From Oscillospiraceae bacterium (GTDB lineage: Bacteria; Bacillota; Clostridia; Oscillospirales; CAG-272): DNA of 64,000 bases. Shown piece by piece: positions 1 through 10,576 of this stretch. The DNA lies in contig SVSX01000002.1 in NCBI GenBank assembly GCA_015064085.1, forward strand, positions 9,282 to 73,281, written 5' to 3'. The position numbers and the translations under genes are program-made. The stretch's first letter is position 1. The number at the start of each line of letters is the position of its first letter. The notes beneath the pieces were generated by a model. That model saw only the letters and a list, made by a program, of their open reading frames with translations, made no database searches and had not been told where the DNA came from.

Positions 1-390
1 TATCTCCTCCACCGTTCTCGGGAGTCTGTGTATCTCGTCGATAAAGAGCACGTCGCCCTCGGCGAGGTTGGTCAGCAGCGCCGCGAGGTCGCCCTGCTTT
101 TCGATGGCAGGACCTGAGGTGACGCGGATATTCACGCCCATTTCGTTTGCGATTATGTTTGAAAGCGTGGTCTTTCCGAGACCGGGAGGTCCATAGAGAA
201 GCACGTGGTCAAGAGAGTCTCCTCTCTGACGTGCCGCCTCGATATAGACTCTGAGATTTTCCTTCACCTTGTCCTGACCGATATAGTCCTCGAATCGCTT
301 TGGGCGCAAGGAAAGATCGGTCTCGGAGTCCTCATTCGTGTAAGAGGTAGACATCATTCGGTTTTCAAAATCAAATTCTTCTTCGATCAT
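1..390 (-). CDS. ruvB: Holliday junction branch migration helicase RuvB (5' part; runs off window)
   Basis: Manual minus-strand translation [15 protein letters not shown]...[16 protein letters not shown]...[12 protein letters not shown]...[10 protein letters not shown]; GGAGG RBS; directly downstream of ruvA. Confidence 0.95.
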   Translation of the reverse strand, partial: MIEEEFDFENRMMSTSYTNEDSETDLSLRPKRFEDYIGQDKVKENLRVYIEAARQRGDSLDHVLLYGPPGLGKTTLSNIIANEMGVNIRVTSGPAIEKQGDLAALLTNLAEGDVLFIDEIHRLPRTVEEI

Positions 391-404
391 TTAAGTCAAC
401 CTCC

Positions 405-1028
405 TTATTTCATAAGCTTTTTGAGGGCTTCTCTTATAATGTCGTCGACCTCGAGGTTTGATATATCGATCTTCTTTATGACCGATTCCGCCTCGCTTCT
501 CGTGTATCCGAGGACAGTCAGGGCGCTCAGTGCGTCGGCTCTCTTGTCGGATGCGCCGAGTATCTCGGAGACAGTGTCGTCTTCCATATCCGAGCCCTCA
601 AGATCAATGCTTCCCTTGAGCTTGTCCTTGAGCTCAAGAACTATCCTTGCCGCTGTCTTAGGACCTACACCGTTTGCCTTTGAGATCGTCTTTTTGTCAT
701 CTGTGCAGATAGCCACAGCCAGCTTCCCCGGGGAGAGAAGCGAAAGTATCGAGATAGCGGCCTTCGGTCCGACTCCCGATACCGTGATGAGAAGCTTGAA
801 TGAGTCGAGCTCCTCGGTGGTAGCAAAGCCGAAAAGCTCGATCCCGTCCTCTCTCACCGCCATATAGGTGTAAAGAGTGACGTTTGGCTTTTCGTCCACA
901 CTTCTGTGTGGGGGCATCTGGGAATAGGTCGATTGGGATATGGTCATTTTGTATCCGACCCCTCCCGCGTCCACCACCGCGAAGGTAGGGTCAAGATATG
1001 CTATTTTTCCGCTGATATAGTAAAACAT
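405..1028 (-). CDS. ruvA: Holliday junction DNA-binding protein RuvA
   Basis: GGVGY, VREDGIELFGF, VSGVGPK and GVGPKTAARIVLELKDK motifs; ATG at 1028 with GGAGG RBS overlaps upstream stop (TGATG). Confidence 0.96.
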   Translation of the reverse strand: MFYYISGKIAYLDPTFAVVDAGGVGYKMTISQSTYSQMPPHRSVDEKPNVTLYTYMAVREDGIELFGFATTEELDSFKLLITVSGVGPKAAISILSLLSPGKLAVAICTDDKKTISKANGVGPKTAARIVLELKDKLKGSIDLEGSDMEDDTVSEILGASDKRADALSALTVLGYTRSEAESVIKKIDISNLEVDDIIREALKKLMK

Positions 1029-4000
1029 CAAATTCCTCCATTGTCCTCGGACTCGCTCTCGGTGGCATTCCCGTCTGTCTTATCTTCCTCAGACGTGTCC
1101 TCGGTAGGTTTTTCGGCTGCTTCAGCCTCGGCGGTATCCTCAGCGGGTACTGCCTTCTTTTGAGTTATTTTTGCGAGTAAAGCCTTGGCTTTTTTGATAA
1201 TGCTTTCGTTTTCGGGGGGCGGAAGAGCCCTTTCCTCCTCAGTGTCGATATCGAAATCGTCGAGAGTCCAATATATGTCGTCGGCATTTGCGCCCTCAAG
1301 CTTCAGAAGTCTTCTGAAAAGCTTTTTCCAGACAAGCTCTATGACACAGAGAACGAGGAATACCGCCGTACCCATTATCGAAAGCGTGTATCCGATAACG
1401 TAGAGCTTCGGCATATATCTCATTTCGAGGGTGTGCTCACCTGCCTCGGGGATATCAAAGGCGATAAGCGCGTCGAGTGTCTCATATATCTCAACCTTTT
1501 CTCCGTCGAGATAAATATTCCAGCCCTCGTCATAGGGGATAGTCGTGAGTATCGTCTGAGCCTGATTTTCGGTAGTTATCTTTCCCGTAAGGTGAGAGTC
1601 CTTGAAGCCCTCGTCGATGGCGTACTGAGGCCCTGCGAGAAGCTTAGAGAAAACCGCCTCATAGGCTTCTGTGTCGATATAGCAGAAGTAGTCAACGTGC
1701 TTTAGGAGATAGAGCTCATCGCCGTCGATGGTAAGCTCGACCTCTATTTCCTCACCGACCTCATAAACACCGAGGGATATCATTCTGTCGGAGTCGTTTC
1801 CGAAATACGAGCCCATAGGCGTTCCGTTTACGCTGAAGGAGGCCTCGCGTTTGTATTCGCTGGGGGCGAAGAAGAATATCTCGCCGTCTACGGGAGAGGT
1901 CACCTTAAAGGTCACGGTCGCCTCTGTGTCGGTCTCGGGGGAGTAGCGGTAGTGACCCGAATGTGAGGTGGTCTCGCAGTTCTCGGTCTCTGTGCTGTCT
2001 ATATCTATAGGCGCGAAGATCTCAACGCCGTCGAGACCCGAAGCGGTTGCCATAAGCTTATTGAGACGTTTGAAATGGCTCTCGGTAAAGTCCATATCGA
2101 AGTTCTTTATGCCCGCATCAACACCAAATGCGAGAGAGAGGGCGTAGTCATTGCGGTAGGCGATAAGATCTTCCGTCGAGTATGCCTCCGTGTAGTAAAG
2201 CGGAGCTGTTGCGGAGGTCTTGCTGTCCACGATATATTTTATACCGAGGAAGGAGTTTGAAACGGGAGAATATCCCGTGTACTGAGACCAGTGAGAGTGA
2301 GAGCAGAGTCCCATTTTCTGAAGAAATTCTATGGTGTCGGCATTGAGGGTCGAGGTCGAGTTGGAAACTCCCTTGTTGCCGAGCGCCATATTGTCGTTTA
2401 CAGCGCGGATCTCGGTCTTTTCCATACGGTAGAAGGACTTGTCTCCCTCAAAGACCTTGTCGGATATCTCTCTCTGCCTCTCGAGGAAGGAGGTGTATCC
2501 GTTATATCCCGAGTAGACGACGTCGCTGTCGAATTTAGTGACGCAGGTAAGAGCGCTGCAGAATATCTCTATGCAGACTATAGCCGCAAGGATACCCGCG
2601 AGGCTTTCTCTTGAGCGGACCTTTTTGTTTTTGATTATCAGACAGAGAAGGGTGAATATTATCGATGCCGCAAGGAGAGAGAGGAATACAGTCTCCATTG
2701 CGAGAAGCTTTGAGTCGGTCTTGACGTATGTCTCGAACTCCTGCTTCTGGCATACCGCCACGAAGAGCACGAGGAATGAAAATACCGCGAGAAGGAATTT
2801 TGCGCTGATCTGACGGATATTTCCGAAGCCCTTGTAAGCAAAGACGATAAGCAGGAAGCAGAACATAAAGCTGTATCTTGTGTTGAGCCAGTTGGGGTTC
2901 TGGAAGCCGTGCCAGATAAGGTCGAGGGTCGTGACGCACATCGAAAGCGCGAAGAAGCCGAGAATAACTCCCGCTCCGACCTTCTCGCGCACACGCACCT
3001 TTTTCGATACAAAATAGACGGGAACAAGGAAGAGGGTAAGCAGACCCGTGTAAATGAAGGGAAGACCCTCGGGGCGTACTGTGTCGTAAGAGCCGGGGAG
3101 GAATTTCGTGAAGAGATCAAGAAATTCGTATTTCATCTTCGGTGTCCAATCGGGGGAGGTAAAGTCGTTCTTACCGAAGCTCAGAGCGTAATAAGCTCCG
3201 AGTATTATGAATGCTGCCATAGCCACGGCGATCGCCGAGAAGAAGACTATCCTTATGAAAGAGCGAAGGAAATGCGCTTTCTCGCCTCTCGGATTGTTTC
3301 TTCCGTCGCCGTACGCGATGAAGTAGTAGAAGAAATAGAGGGCGACGTAGATGCAGACCATATATCCGATATAGAAATTGCTCCAGATAGTGAGGGCAAG
3401 CATAATAACGAAAAGCTTGAACTTGCCGAACTTGACGAGCTGCTCAATTCCGTATGTCAGAAGGGGCAGCCACATCATAGCGTCTATCCACATAGTGTTA
3501 TGCTGATGTACTATGCCGTAAGCCGAGAGGGCGTACATAGCCGAAAGGGCTATTATGATCACCTTATTCGGGTTCTTGGAATTTTTGTGAAGATAAAATC
3601 CGAGGGTGAGACCGCAAAGACCGCTCTTCAGAAGAAAGAGGGTGAGGAGCGCCTCAAGCATATGACCCTCGGGGAAGAGGGCGACTATAAAGGAGAGGGG
3701 ACTCGCAACGTAGTAGGCGTATATTCCGATGAACTCACCGCCGAGGGCTCGTGAGAAGGTGTAGAGCATATCGGCTTCGCCGTAAACGAAGTTGCGCAGA
3801 GCCTCGAAGAAATAGACGTATTGGGCGTTAAGGTCAAGTACCAGCACCGATCCGTCTCCAAATGGGTGGATCTCCATAGCCAGATAGACAAGATAGGTCA
3901 GTATTACGGGCACAAGGAAGCAGAAAAACAGATAGGATGAGCTCGATGATGAGAGCCTTTGCTGTATCCGCCTGAGGAAGAATGCACCTCTTTCTTTTTT

Positions 4001-4045
4001 TGCCTGAGGTATCTCGGTTATCTCTACCGTTGTATTGTTGTTCAT
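1028..4045 (-). CDS. YfhO-family membrane protein (GT-C-like) with acidic C-terminal tail
   Basis: DLNAQY, YYVASP, SNFYIGYM, RYSF, TIPYDEGW motifs; many hydrophobic segments. Confidence 0.88.
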   Translation of the reverse strand: MNNNTTVEITEIPQAKKERGAFFLRRIQQRLSSSSSSYLFFCFLVPVILTYLVYLAMEIHPFGDGSVLVLDLNAQYVYFFEALRNFVYGEADMLYTFSRALGGEFIGIYAYYVASPLSFIVALFPEGHMLEALLTLFLLKSGLCGLTLGFYLHKNSKNPNKVIIIALSAMYALSAYGIVHQHNTMWIDAMMWLPLLTYGIEQLVKFGKFKLFVIMLALTIWSNFYIGYMVCIYVALYFFYYFIAYGDGRNNPRGEKAHFLRSFIRIVFFSAIAVAMAAFIILGAYYALSFGKNDFTSPDWTPKMKYEFLDLFTKFLPGSYDTVRPEGLPFIYTGLLTLFLVPVYFVSKKVRVREKVGAGVILGFFALSMCVTTLDLIWHGFQNPNWLNTRYSFMFCFLLIVFAYKGFGNIRQISAKFLLAVFSFLVLFVAVCQKQEFETYVKTDSKLLAMETVFLSLLAASIIFTLLCLIIKNKKVRSRESLAGILAAIVCIEIFCSALTCVTKFDSDVVYSGYNGYTSFLERQREISDKVFEGDKSFYRMEKTEIRAVNDNMALGNKGVSNSTSTLNADTIEFLQKMGLCSHSHWSQYTGYSPVSNSFLGIKYIVDSKTSATAPLYYTEAYSTEDLIAYRNDYALSLAFGVDAGIKNFDMDFTESHFKRLNKLMATASGLDGVEIFAPIDIDSTETENCETTSHSGHYRYSPETDTEATVTFKVTSPVDGEIFFFAPSEYKREASFSVNGTPMGSYFGNDSDRMISLGVYEVGEEIEVELTIDGDELYLLKHVDYFCYIDTEAYEAVFSKLLAGPQYAIDEGFKDSHLTGKITTENQAQTILTTIPYDEGWNIYLDGEKVEIYETLDALIAFDIPEAGEHTLEMRYMPKLYVIGYTLSIMGTAVFLVLCVIELVWKKLFRRLLKLEGANADDIYWTLDDFDIDTEEERALPPPENESIIKKAKALLAKITQKKAVPAEDTAEAEAAEKPTEDTSEEDKTDGNATESESEDNGGI

Positions 4046-4272
4046 ATCCTGTCTCCTTTCTGTGAAGCATCGTCTTTGTCGTTTTCTGAGGAAATTATCC
4101 TCTTTGTGGCTTTTTCAAGCTTCAGACGGTCGATATTCATATCCCGTCCGCAAGCGACACATACCACCCGCATATCTCCCCCTACCCGAAGAACGCGGAA
4201 CTCTTTACCGCCGCAGGGATGGGGCTTTTTAAGCTCTATAAGGTCTCCGACCTTGTATTTTATTATCTTCAT
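4042..4272 (-). CDS. DUF951 family small protein
   Basis: LKKPHPCG...RVGGD...CVACGR signature; ATGA overlap with next gene. Confidence 0.88.
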   Translation of the reverse strand: MKIIKYKVGDLIELKKPHPCGGKEFRVLRVGGDMRVVCVACGRDMNIDRLKLEKATKRIISSENDKDDASQKGDRI

Positions 4273-4387
4273 AAATGATGTCCTTTGTCATTTTTCATAT
4301 ATGGAACACATATACTCTTTCTATTTTATCACACTATCAATAATTTGTAAATAAGTATTTAAAATTTTACAAATTTCTAAAATATGT

Positions 4388-4416
4388 TTGACTTAAAGAA
4401 AATAGTGTGATATAAT
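4388..4416 (+). promoter_or_regulatory. sigmaA-type promoter of ruvC operon
   Basis: TTGACT-17 bp-TATAAT with extended -10 TG. Confidence 0.7.
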
Positions 4417-4456
4417 ATAGAGTAAATATTTTTTGATTTTTTGAAAGGAGAATGCC

Positions 4457-4954
4457 GTGATAATACTTGGCGTTGATCCCGGACTTGCCATTGTCGGCTG
4501 GGGAGTGATCGATTACAGCGCGTCGCATTTCAAGGTTCTCGGGTATGGCTCTGTGCGTACCCCGGCGGGAATGTCCACCGAAAAAAGACTGAGCGAGATA
4601 TATGACGGACTCTCCGAGATAATAGAAAAATATAAGCCCGAGCAGATGGCGGTGGAGGAGCTTTTCTTCAACACCAACATAACCACGGGAATCAGAGTCG
4701 CCGAGGCGAGAGGGGTGATCCTCCTTTGCGCCGAGAAGCACAGAGTCCCGACGGCTGAATATACCCCGCTTCAGGTGAAGCAGGCTGTGGTGGGATACGG
4801 CAGGGCGGAAAAAAAGCAGGTGATAACGATGGTCACTATGCTTCTGGGGCTGAAATCGCCCCCAAAGCCCGACGATACGGCGGACGCTCTCGCGATCGCG
4901 GTCTGCCACGCCCATTCAGGGTATTCGAGACTTTCAAAATACTATAACAATTAA
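4457..4954 (+). CDS. ruvC: Crossover junction endodeoxyribonuclease RuvC
   Basis: ILGVDPG, EELFF, YTPLQVKQAVVGYGRAEKKQV, PDDTADALA. Confidence 0.97.
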   Translation: MIILGVDPGLAIVGWGVIDYSASHFKVLGYGSVRTPAGMSTEKRLSEIYDGLSEIIEKYKPEQMAVEELFFNTNITTGIRVAEARGVILLCAEKHRVPTAEYTPLQVKQAVVGYGRAEKKQVITMVTMLLGLKSPPKPDDTADALAIAVCHAHSGYSRLSKYYNN

Positions 4955-4982
4955 AGGCATAACGCCTACGGAGGGTTTACAA

Positions 4983-5849
4983 GTGTGGAGCTCTGACAAA
5001 TGGAAGGATTACGAACTGCTTGACGCGTCTGACGGAGAGCGACTTGAAAGATGGGGGAAATATATCCTCGTCCGTCCCGATCCGCAGGTCATCTGGAAAG
5101 GGTGTGCTACTCACCCCGCCTGGAAAAAGGCTGACGCGGTCTACAGAAGATCGTCAAACGGAGGCGGAGGCTGGGTAAAGAATACCCTTCCTAAGCAATG
5201 GAATATAGATTACGGAGAGCTTTCCTTCGTGCTGCGCCCGATGGGCTTCAAGCATACGGGACTCTTTCCCGAGCAGGCGGCTAACTGGGATTGGTTCTCG
5301 GAGCTGATACGCGGCTCGGGAAGAAGCATAAAGGTGCTCAACCTCTTTGCGTACACGGGAGGCGCTACCGTTGCGGCGGCAAAGGCGGGTGCATCTGTGG
5401 TCCACGTTGACGCCGCGAAGGGAATGGTGGCTCAGGCAAAGGAAAACGCCGCCCTTTCGGGTCTCGAGAAAGCGCCCATCAGATACATAGTCGACGACTG
5501 TAAGAAATTCGTTGAGCGGGAGATCCGCCGAGGAAACAGATACGACGCGATAATTATGGACCCCCCTTCCTATGGAAGAGGACCTTCGGGTGAGGTCTGG
5601 AAGATCGAGGACAGCGCGGACGAGCTTATCACGCTCACCGCTAAGCTCCTCTCCGACGATCCGCTCTTCTTTCTTGTCAACTCCTATACTACGGGACTCT
5701 CTCCGATGACTATGAAATACATCCTCGATCTGAGGATAGCAAAGCGCTTCGGCGGCAGAACAGACACGGGAGAGCTTGGACTCAGAATAAGCGCTACGGG
5801 CGGATTTCTGCCTTGCGGAGCAAGCGCGAGATGGACCTCTCAAAGATAA
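4983..5849 (+). CDS. Class I SAM-dependent methyltransferase (RlmI/YwbD-like)
   Basis: HTGLFPEQ, VLNLFAYTGG, MDPPSYG motifs. Confidence 0.85.
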   Translation: MWSSDKWKDYELLDASDGERLERWGKYILVRPDPQVIWKGCATHPAWKKADAVYRRSSNGGGGWVKNTLPKQWNIDYGELSFVLRPMGFKHTGLFPEQAANWDWFSELIRGSGRSIKVLNLFAYTGGATVAAAKAGASVVHVDAAKGMVAQAKENAALSGLEKAPIRYIVDDCKKFVEREIRRGNRYDAIIMDPPSYGRGPSGEVWKIEDSADELITLTAKLLSDDPLFFLVNSYTTGLSPMTMKYILDLRIAKRFGGRTDTGELGLRISATGGFLPCGASARWTSQR

Positions 5850-5858
5850 AACTGAAAG

Positions 5859-6731
5859 GTGATTTCAATGGATTTACCGTTTATTAAGGTTGAAAATATA
5901 AGCTATTCATACAGAGACGAGGACGGAGCGGCAATACCCGTTATCCGCGATCTGTCTCTCGAAATAGAAAAAGGAGAATTTGTGGCGGTGCTCGGTCATA
6001 ACGGCTCGGGAAAGTCCACCTTCGCAAAGCTCCTCAATATGATACTCACCCCAAAGTCGGGAAAGATATATATCGACGGGAAGGATATCACCGATGAGAA
6101 TATGAGCGAGGAGGAGGTCTTCTCACTCAGAAGACGGGTCGGTATGGTCTTCCAGAATCCCGATAACCAGCTTGTGGCAACGGTGGTCGAGGACGACGTT
6201 GCCTTTGGTCCTGAAAACCTCGGCGTACCTTCGGCGGAGATACGCAAAAGGGTAGACGATGCCCTGGCAACTGTGGGAATGAGCAAATACGCGAAGCACG
6301 AGCCCCACAGACTCTCGGGAGGACAGAAGCAGAGGGTCGCTATAGCGGGTATCATAGCTATGCTCCCCGAATGTATAATATTCGACGAGTCGACGGCTAT
6401 GCTCGATCCTATAGGACGCAAGGAGGTTCTGGCGACAGTGAAGAAGCTGAACTCCGAGATGGGTATCACTGTTATAATGATAACTCACTATATGGACGAG
6501 GCGGCAATGGCAAAGAGAGTTATCGTTCTGAATGACGGAAGGATAGCTCTTGACGGTGCTCCCGCGGAGGTCTTTGAGCGTGAGGAGGAGCTCCGCTCCT
6601 ACGGACTCGACGTGCCTCAGTGTACCTCGCTGATACACGAGCTCAGAAGATGCGGAGTGAGGCTCGACGGAAGCTGCTCAACACCCGAGGAGTGCGCTTC
6701 TCTCATAGCGAGAGCGCTCGGAAAGGAGTAA
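5859..6731 (+). CDS. ecfA1: ECF transporter ATPase EcfA1
   Basis: GHNGSGKST, FQNPDNQ, LSGGQKQR, DESTAMLDP. Confidence 0.93.
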   Translation: MISMDLPFIKVENISYSYRDEDGAAIPVIRDLSLEIEKGEFVAVLGHNGSGKSTFAKLLNMILTPKSGKIYIDGKDITDENMSEEEVFSLRRRVGMVFQNPDNQLVATVVEDDVAFGPENLGVPSAEIRKRVDDALATVGMSKYAKHEPHRLSGGQKQRVAIAGIIAMLPECIIFDESTAMLDPIGRKEVLATVKKLNSEMGITVIMITHYMDEAAMAKRVIVLNDGRIALDGAPAEVFEREEELRSYGLDVPQCTSLIHELRRCGVRLDGSCSTPEECASLIARALGKE

Positions 6732-6733
6732 AA

Positions 6734-7606
6734 ATGTCAGAGATAACCATTGAAAAGGTCTCCTTTTACCACGGAAAGGGCACGCCCTATGAGCTGAAGG
6801 CGCTGGACGACGTCAGCCTCAGGATACATTCGGGCATCATAACGGGCATCATCGGTCATACGGGCTCGGGAAAATCCACCCTCGTTGAGCTTTTTAACGG
6901 AATACTCAAGCCCGAGGAGGGAAGAGTGATTCTCGACGGTGAGGATATATGGGCAAAGCCCAAGGAAATAAGAAAGGTCAGGTTCAAGGTCGGACTTGTT
7001 ATGCAGTATCCCGAATCCCAGCTCTTTGAGGAGACGATAAGGCAGGACATTTCCTTCGGACCTAAGAATATGGGGCTGTCTCAGGAGGAGATAGAGGAAA
7101 GAGTCCTTGAGGCGGCAAGCTTTGTGGGACTTGACGAGGCGTTGCTCTCAAAATCTCCCTTTGATCTTTCGGGAGGACAGAAAAGGCGTGTTGCAATAGC
7201 GGGAGTCATCGCTATGCGCCCCGACGTGCTGATCCTCGACGAGCCCGCGGCGGGTCTTGACCCCTCGGGAAGAGAGGCAATATTCTCGAATATAGTCGAT
7301 TATAAAAACAAAACGGGAAGCACTGTGGTCATCGTCAGCCACAGTATGGAGGATATGGCGAAATACTGCGACAGGATCGTGGTTATGTCGGGGGGCAGAG
7401 TCTTTATGGACGGCAGCCGCGACGAGGTGTTTGAGGATACAGAGAGGCTTCGCTCAGCGGGGCTCGATATTCCTCAGATCACATCGCTTATGCTTCTGCT
7501 TCGCGAAAAAGGAATTGACGTTGACGGCGGCATCTACACTATAGAGGGGGCTATGAGCCGACTTCTGCCGCTGCTTGAAAACAGATCGAAAGGTGATATC
7601 CAATGA
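6734..7606 (+). CDS. ecfA2: ECF transporter ATPase EcfA2
   Basis: GHTGSGKST, QYPESQLFEET, SPFDLSGGQKRR; AAGGAG RBS before ATG 6734. Confidence 0.93.
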   Translation: MSEITIEKVSFYHGKGTPYELKALDDVSLRIHSGIITGIIGHTGSGKSTLVELFNGILKPEEGRVILDGEDIWAKPKEIRKVRFKVGLVMQYPESQLFEETIRQDISFGPKNMGLSQEEIEERVLEAASFVGLDEALLSKSPFDLSGGQKRRVAIAGVIAMRPDVLILDEPAAGLDPSGREAIFSNIVDYKNKTGSTVVIVSHSMEDMAKYCDRIVVMSGGRVFMDGSRDEVFEDTERLRSAGLDIPQITSLMLLLREKGIDVDGGIYTIEGAMSRLLPLLENRSKGDIQ

Positions 7607-8424
7607 AAAACATTGCGCTGGGACAGTATTATCCCGCAAAATCACCGATACACAGACTTGACCCGCGTATCAAGGTGATACTTGCAATTTTATATATAGT
7701 CTGCGCTACCTTTCTCGGCAAGAATATGATAAGCTTCGGGCTGCTCCTTCTTTCGGCGTTTCTTCTGATACTTCTCGGAAGGATACCGATGAAGACGGTC
7801 CTGAGAGGTATTATGCCTGTGCTGTTCGTTATGGCGTTCGCGGCACTGTTTCAGATATTCGGAAAGAGCGGAGAGATCTTGCTCTTTGAGTGGAAATTTA
7901 TCCACATCTATCTTGAGGGAATACTTGCGGCGGTCTTTATGGTGGTCAGAATATTCGCCCTTATCGTGGGAACGACTATATTCCTTACCTATACCACAAC
8001 TCCCATCGAGCTGACAGACGCTATCGAGGACCTTCTCTCGCCCTTAAAAAAGCTCAAAGTGCCGGTGCACGATTTCGCTATGATGATGACACTCGCCCTT
8101 CGCTTTATTCCCACACTCGTTGAGGAGACCGACAAGATAATGACGGCTCAGAAGGCGAGAGGCGCTGACTTTACCACGGGCAGTATAATCGAGAGAGCAA
8201 AGGCTCTTATTCCCGTGCTCATACCTCTTATAGTTTCGGCTATAAGACACGCGGTTGAGCTTGCGGTAGCAATGGAATGCCGCTGCTATCACGGCGACGG
8301 AGTCAGAACGAGAATGACGGTAAGACACCTGAGAGTGACAGACTTTGTGGTGCTTTTGCTTATGATAGGCTTTGGCGCTTCTCTTGTATGGTTCAATATT
8401 CTCGGCATAGGCTTCAGCCTTTGA
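7603..8424 (+). CDS. ecfT: ECF transmembrane component EcfT
   Basis: LGQYYP..SPIHRLDPR, ALRFIPTL, AQKARG, AMECRCY. Confidence 0.93.
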   Translation: MKNIALGQYYPAKSPIHRLDPRIKVILAILYIVCATFLGKNMISFGLLLLSAFLLILLGRIPMKTVLRGIMPVLFVMAFAALFQIFGKSGEILLFEWKFIHIYLEGILAAVFMVVRIFALIVGTTIFLTYTTTPIELTDAIEDLLSPLKKLKVPVHDFAMMMTLALRFIPTLVEETDKIMTAQKARGADFTTGSIIERAKALIPVLIPLIVSAIRHAVELAVAMECRCYHGDGVRTRMTVRHLRVTDFVVLLLMIGFGASLVWFNILGIGFSL

Positions 8425-8425
8425 G

Positions 8426-9196
8426 GTGAAGATGAAAATACTTCTTCACATATCCTTTCTTGGCACGGCTTACGCGGGATATCAGATACAAAAGGATCAG
8501 AACACGGTACAGAAGGTGCTCTGCGACGGAGCGGAGCGGGTCTTTGGCTTCCCCTGTGATATAACAGGGTGCAGCAGGACCGACAGCGGTGTTCACGCAA
8601 AGCATTTTTGCGCGACTGTCACAGAAAAAGGAAAAAATACTCTTCACACGTCGATACCCACCGAGAGGATCCCTCTCGCCTTCGGAAGCGTTCTTCCCTC
8701 CGACGTATCGGTCTTTGATGCCGAGGAGGTGTCCGAGGACTTTCACCCGAGGTACGACGTTCTTGAAAAGGAGTACGAATACAGAATTTATAACCGAAGA
8801 ACGAGAGATCCGTTCTCGGCAGACCGAAGCTGGCATTATCCGAAAAGGATAGACGACGAGGCGCTTTCAAAAATGCGGAGGGCGGCAAAGCAGCTTGTGG
8901 GACGTCACGATTTCGCGGCGTATATGGCAAGCGGCTCTTCGGTGGAGGACACCGTAAGGGAGGTTAAGGCGGCAGAGGTCACGAGAGAGGGCGACTTCAT
9001 CGTCTTTCGCGTGTCGGCTGACGGATTTCTCTACAATATGGTGAGAATATTTACAGGTACGCTTATAGGTGTGGCTGAGGGGAAGATATCCCCCGAGGAA
9101 ATATCCTCGATCACCGAGTCAAAGGACAGAAGCAGAGCGGGAGTAACCGCTCCCGCGGCGGGACTTTACCTCAACAAGGTGACATATAAGAAATAA
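8426..9196 (+). CDS. truA: tRNA pseudouridine(38-40) synthase TruA
   Basis: SRTDSGVHA, GFLYNMVR, TAPAAGLYL; conserved position after ecfT. Confidence 0.95.
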   Translation: MKMKILLHISFLGTAYAGYQIQKDQNTVQKVLCDGAERVFGFPCDITGCSRTDSGVHAKHFCATVTEKGKNTLHTSIPTERIPLAFGSVLPSDVSVFDAEEVSEDFHPRYDVLEKEYEYRIYNRRTRDPFSADRSWHYPKRIDDEALSKMRRAAKQLVGRHDFAAYMASGSSVEDTVREVKAAEVTREGDFIVFRVSADGFLYNMVRIFTGTLIGVAEGKISPEEISSITESKDRSRAGVTAPAAGLYLNKVTYKK

Positions 9197-9218
9197 TATA
9201 ACGAAAGGAGCGGCGACT

Positions 9219-10535
9219 ATGAAAAGACCGTTTTCGGAAAAACCGAATAAAGACGGCGGAAAAGCCTCGGCGTTTGCCGAAAGTATAGCCCGCTTCTTCA
9301 ACCCCGAGCCTCAGAAGGAAAAGATACTTAGGCACGAGGATTTCGCGGCGGCGGGCGACCCCTATTACGCTACGGTATCCGCGAGATATAAGATAGCACA
9401 GAGGATAATAATTATCCTTCTGGTGCTCTTTCTGCTGATCTCTATATTCACAAATATAAGAGAGATAACCTACGGCAACTTCTTCTATTTCATAAGGGAT
9501 TTCGGAAACGCGGTGGATATAGATACCACAAGTTACGAGACTCTGGCTTACGACGTCTATTCCGATCAGGTCTTCTCGCTGTACAGAGGCGGCGTGGCGG
9601 CGGTCAGTCCGTCGAACGTTTCGGTCTTTACCGCAACGGGAAGAAGGACGCTCAAAAGCCGCTCGGATTTCGTGATGCCCTACGCTGTGGGCTCGGAGAA
9701 ATACCTGCTGGTCTACGACCTTTCGGGAAATAGCTTCGCGGTATATAATTCCTTCTCAAAGGTATATACCGAAACTCTCGGAGCTCCCATTACCGACGGA
9801 GCTATCTCGGACTCGGGGGTCTTCGCGGTAGTGAGCAGCTCGACAGAGTATAGATCTGTTATAAGCGTTTATAACGACAATATGAAGATACTCGGAAAAT
9901 ACAGCAAGGACGCCTACGTCTTTGACGTGGCTGTCGATGCCGAGGGTAAGCGAATGGCTGTCATATATTTTGAGATAGGCGACGGAAGAGGGAAAACCAC
10001 CTTCAGGGTCTACGATATCTCGAACCGTCAGGCGGGCGGAAATAAAGACCCCGATGAGGACAGGATACTCAGCGAAACGGTGATGGATTACGTATTCCCG
10101 CTGTCCTGCTCATTTGTAGGTGAGGATAAAACAGCGCTCGTCACAAACGGCGGTATATGGATATATGATGAGGAATACGAGCTTCATAGCTCCTTGGAGT
10201 TCTCGGATACCCTTTCGGCTTTCTATACAGGAGAAAACGGCGCTGCTGTGGCACTGCGTACGGGAAGCGTTAACGACCTTAACCGACTCATAGCCTTTAA
10301 TTCCTCGGGAGATCTGATCTTTGACGAGAACGTGGACGAATCTGTGAGAGAGCTTGTCCTTGAGGGCGACTATCTCTTCATAAAGTCGGATACGGGCGCT
10401 GTGAGGGTGAACACGAGGAACAGCGAAAAAGAGGTCTTTGACTGTCAGTCGGGAAAGCTCCTCGTTTACGATGAGTCCACGGCTATCGTCTGCGGCGAGT
10501 CGAAGGCAGTGTATATTAAATTCGAAAAACAATAA
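9219..10535 (+). CDS. Membrane-anchored beta-propeller-like protein (DUF5711-like)
   Basis: Single N-terminal TM helix followed by beta-rich repeats; family assignment tentative. Confidence 0.6.
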   Translation: MKRPFSEKPNKDGGKASAFAESIARFFNPEPQKEKILRHEDFAAAGDPYYATVSARYKIAQRIIIILLVLFLLISIFTNIREITYGNFFYFIRDFGNAVDIDTTSYETLAYDVYSDQVFSLYRGGVAAVSPSNVSVFTATGRRTLKSRSDFVMPYAVGSEKYLLVYDLSGNSFAVYNSFSKVYTETLGAPITDGAISDSGVFAVVSSSTEYRSVISVYNDNMKILGKYSKDAYVFDVAVDAEGKRMAVIYFEIGDGRGKTTFRVYDISNRQAGGNKDPDEDRILSETVMDYVFPLSCSFVGEDKTALVTNGGIWIYDEEYELHSSLEFSDTLSAFYTGENGAAVALRTGSVNDLNRLIAFNSSGDLIFDENVDESVRELVLEGDYLFIKSDTGAVRVNTRNSEKEVFDCQSGKLLVYDESTAIVCGESKAVYIKFEKQ

Positions 10536-10576
10536 ATATAATATAAATATCATTTCATAATTAAGGAGAGTGTGGT

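Noticed and set aside
6620-6733. N-terminal extension of EcfA2 in the ORF track
   Set aside because: It overlaps ecfA1; the RBS supports ATG 6734
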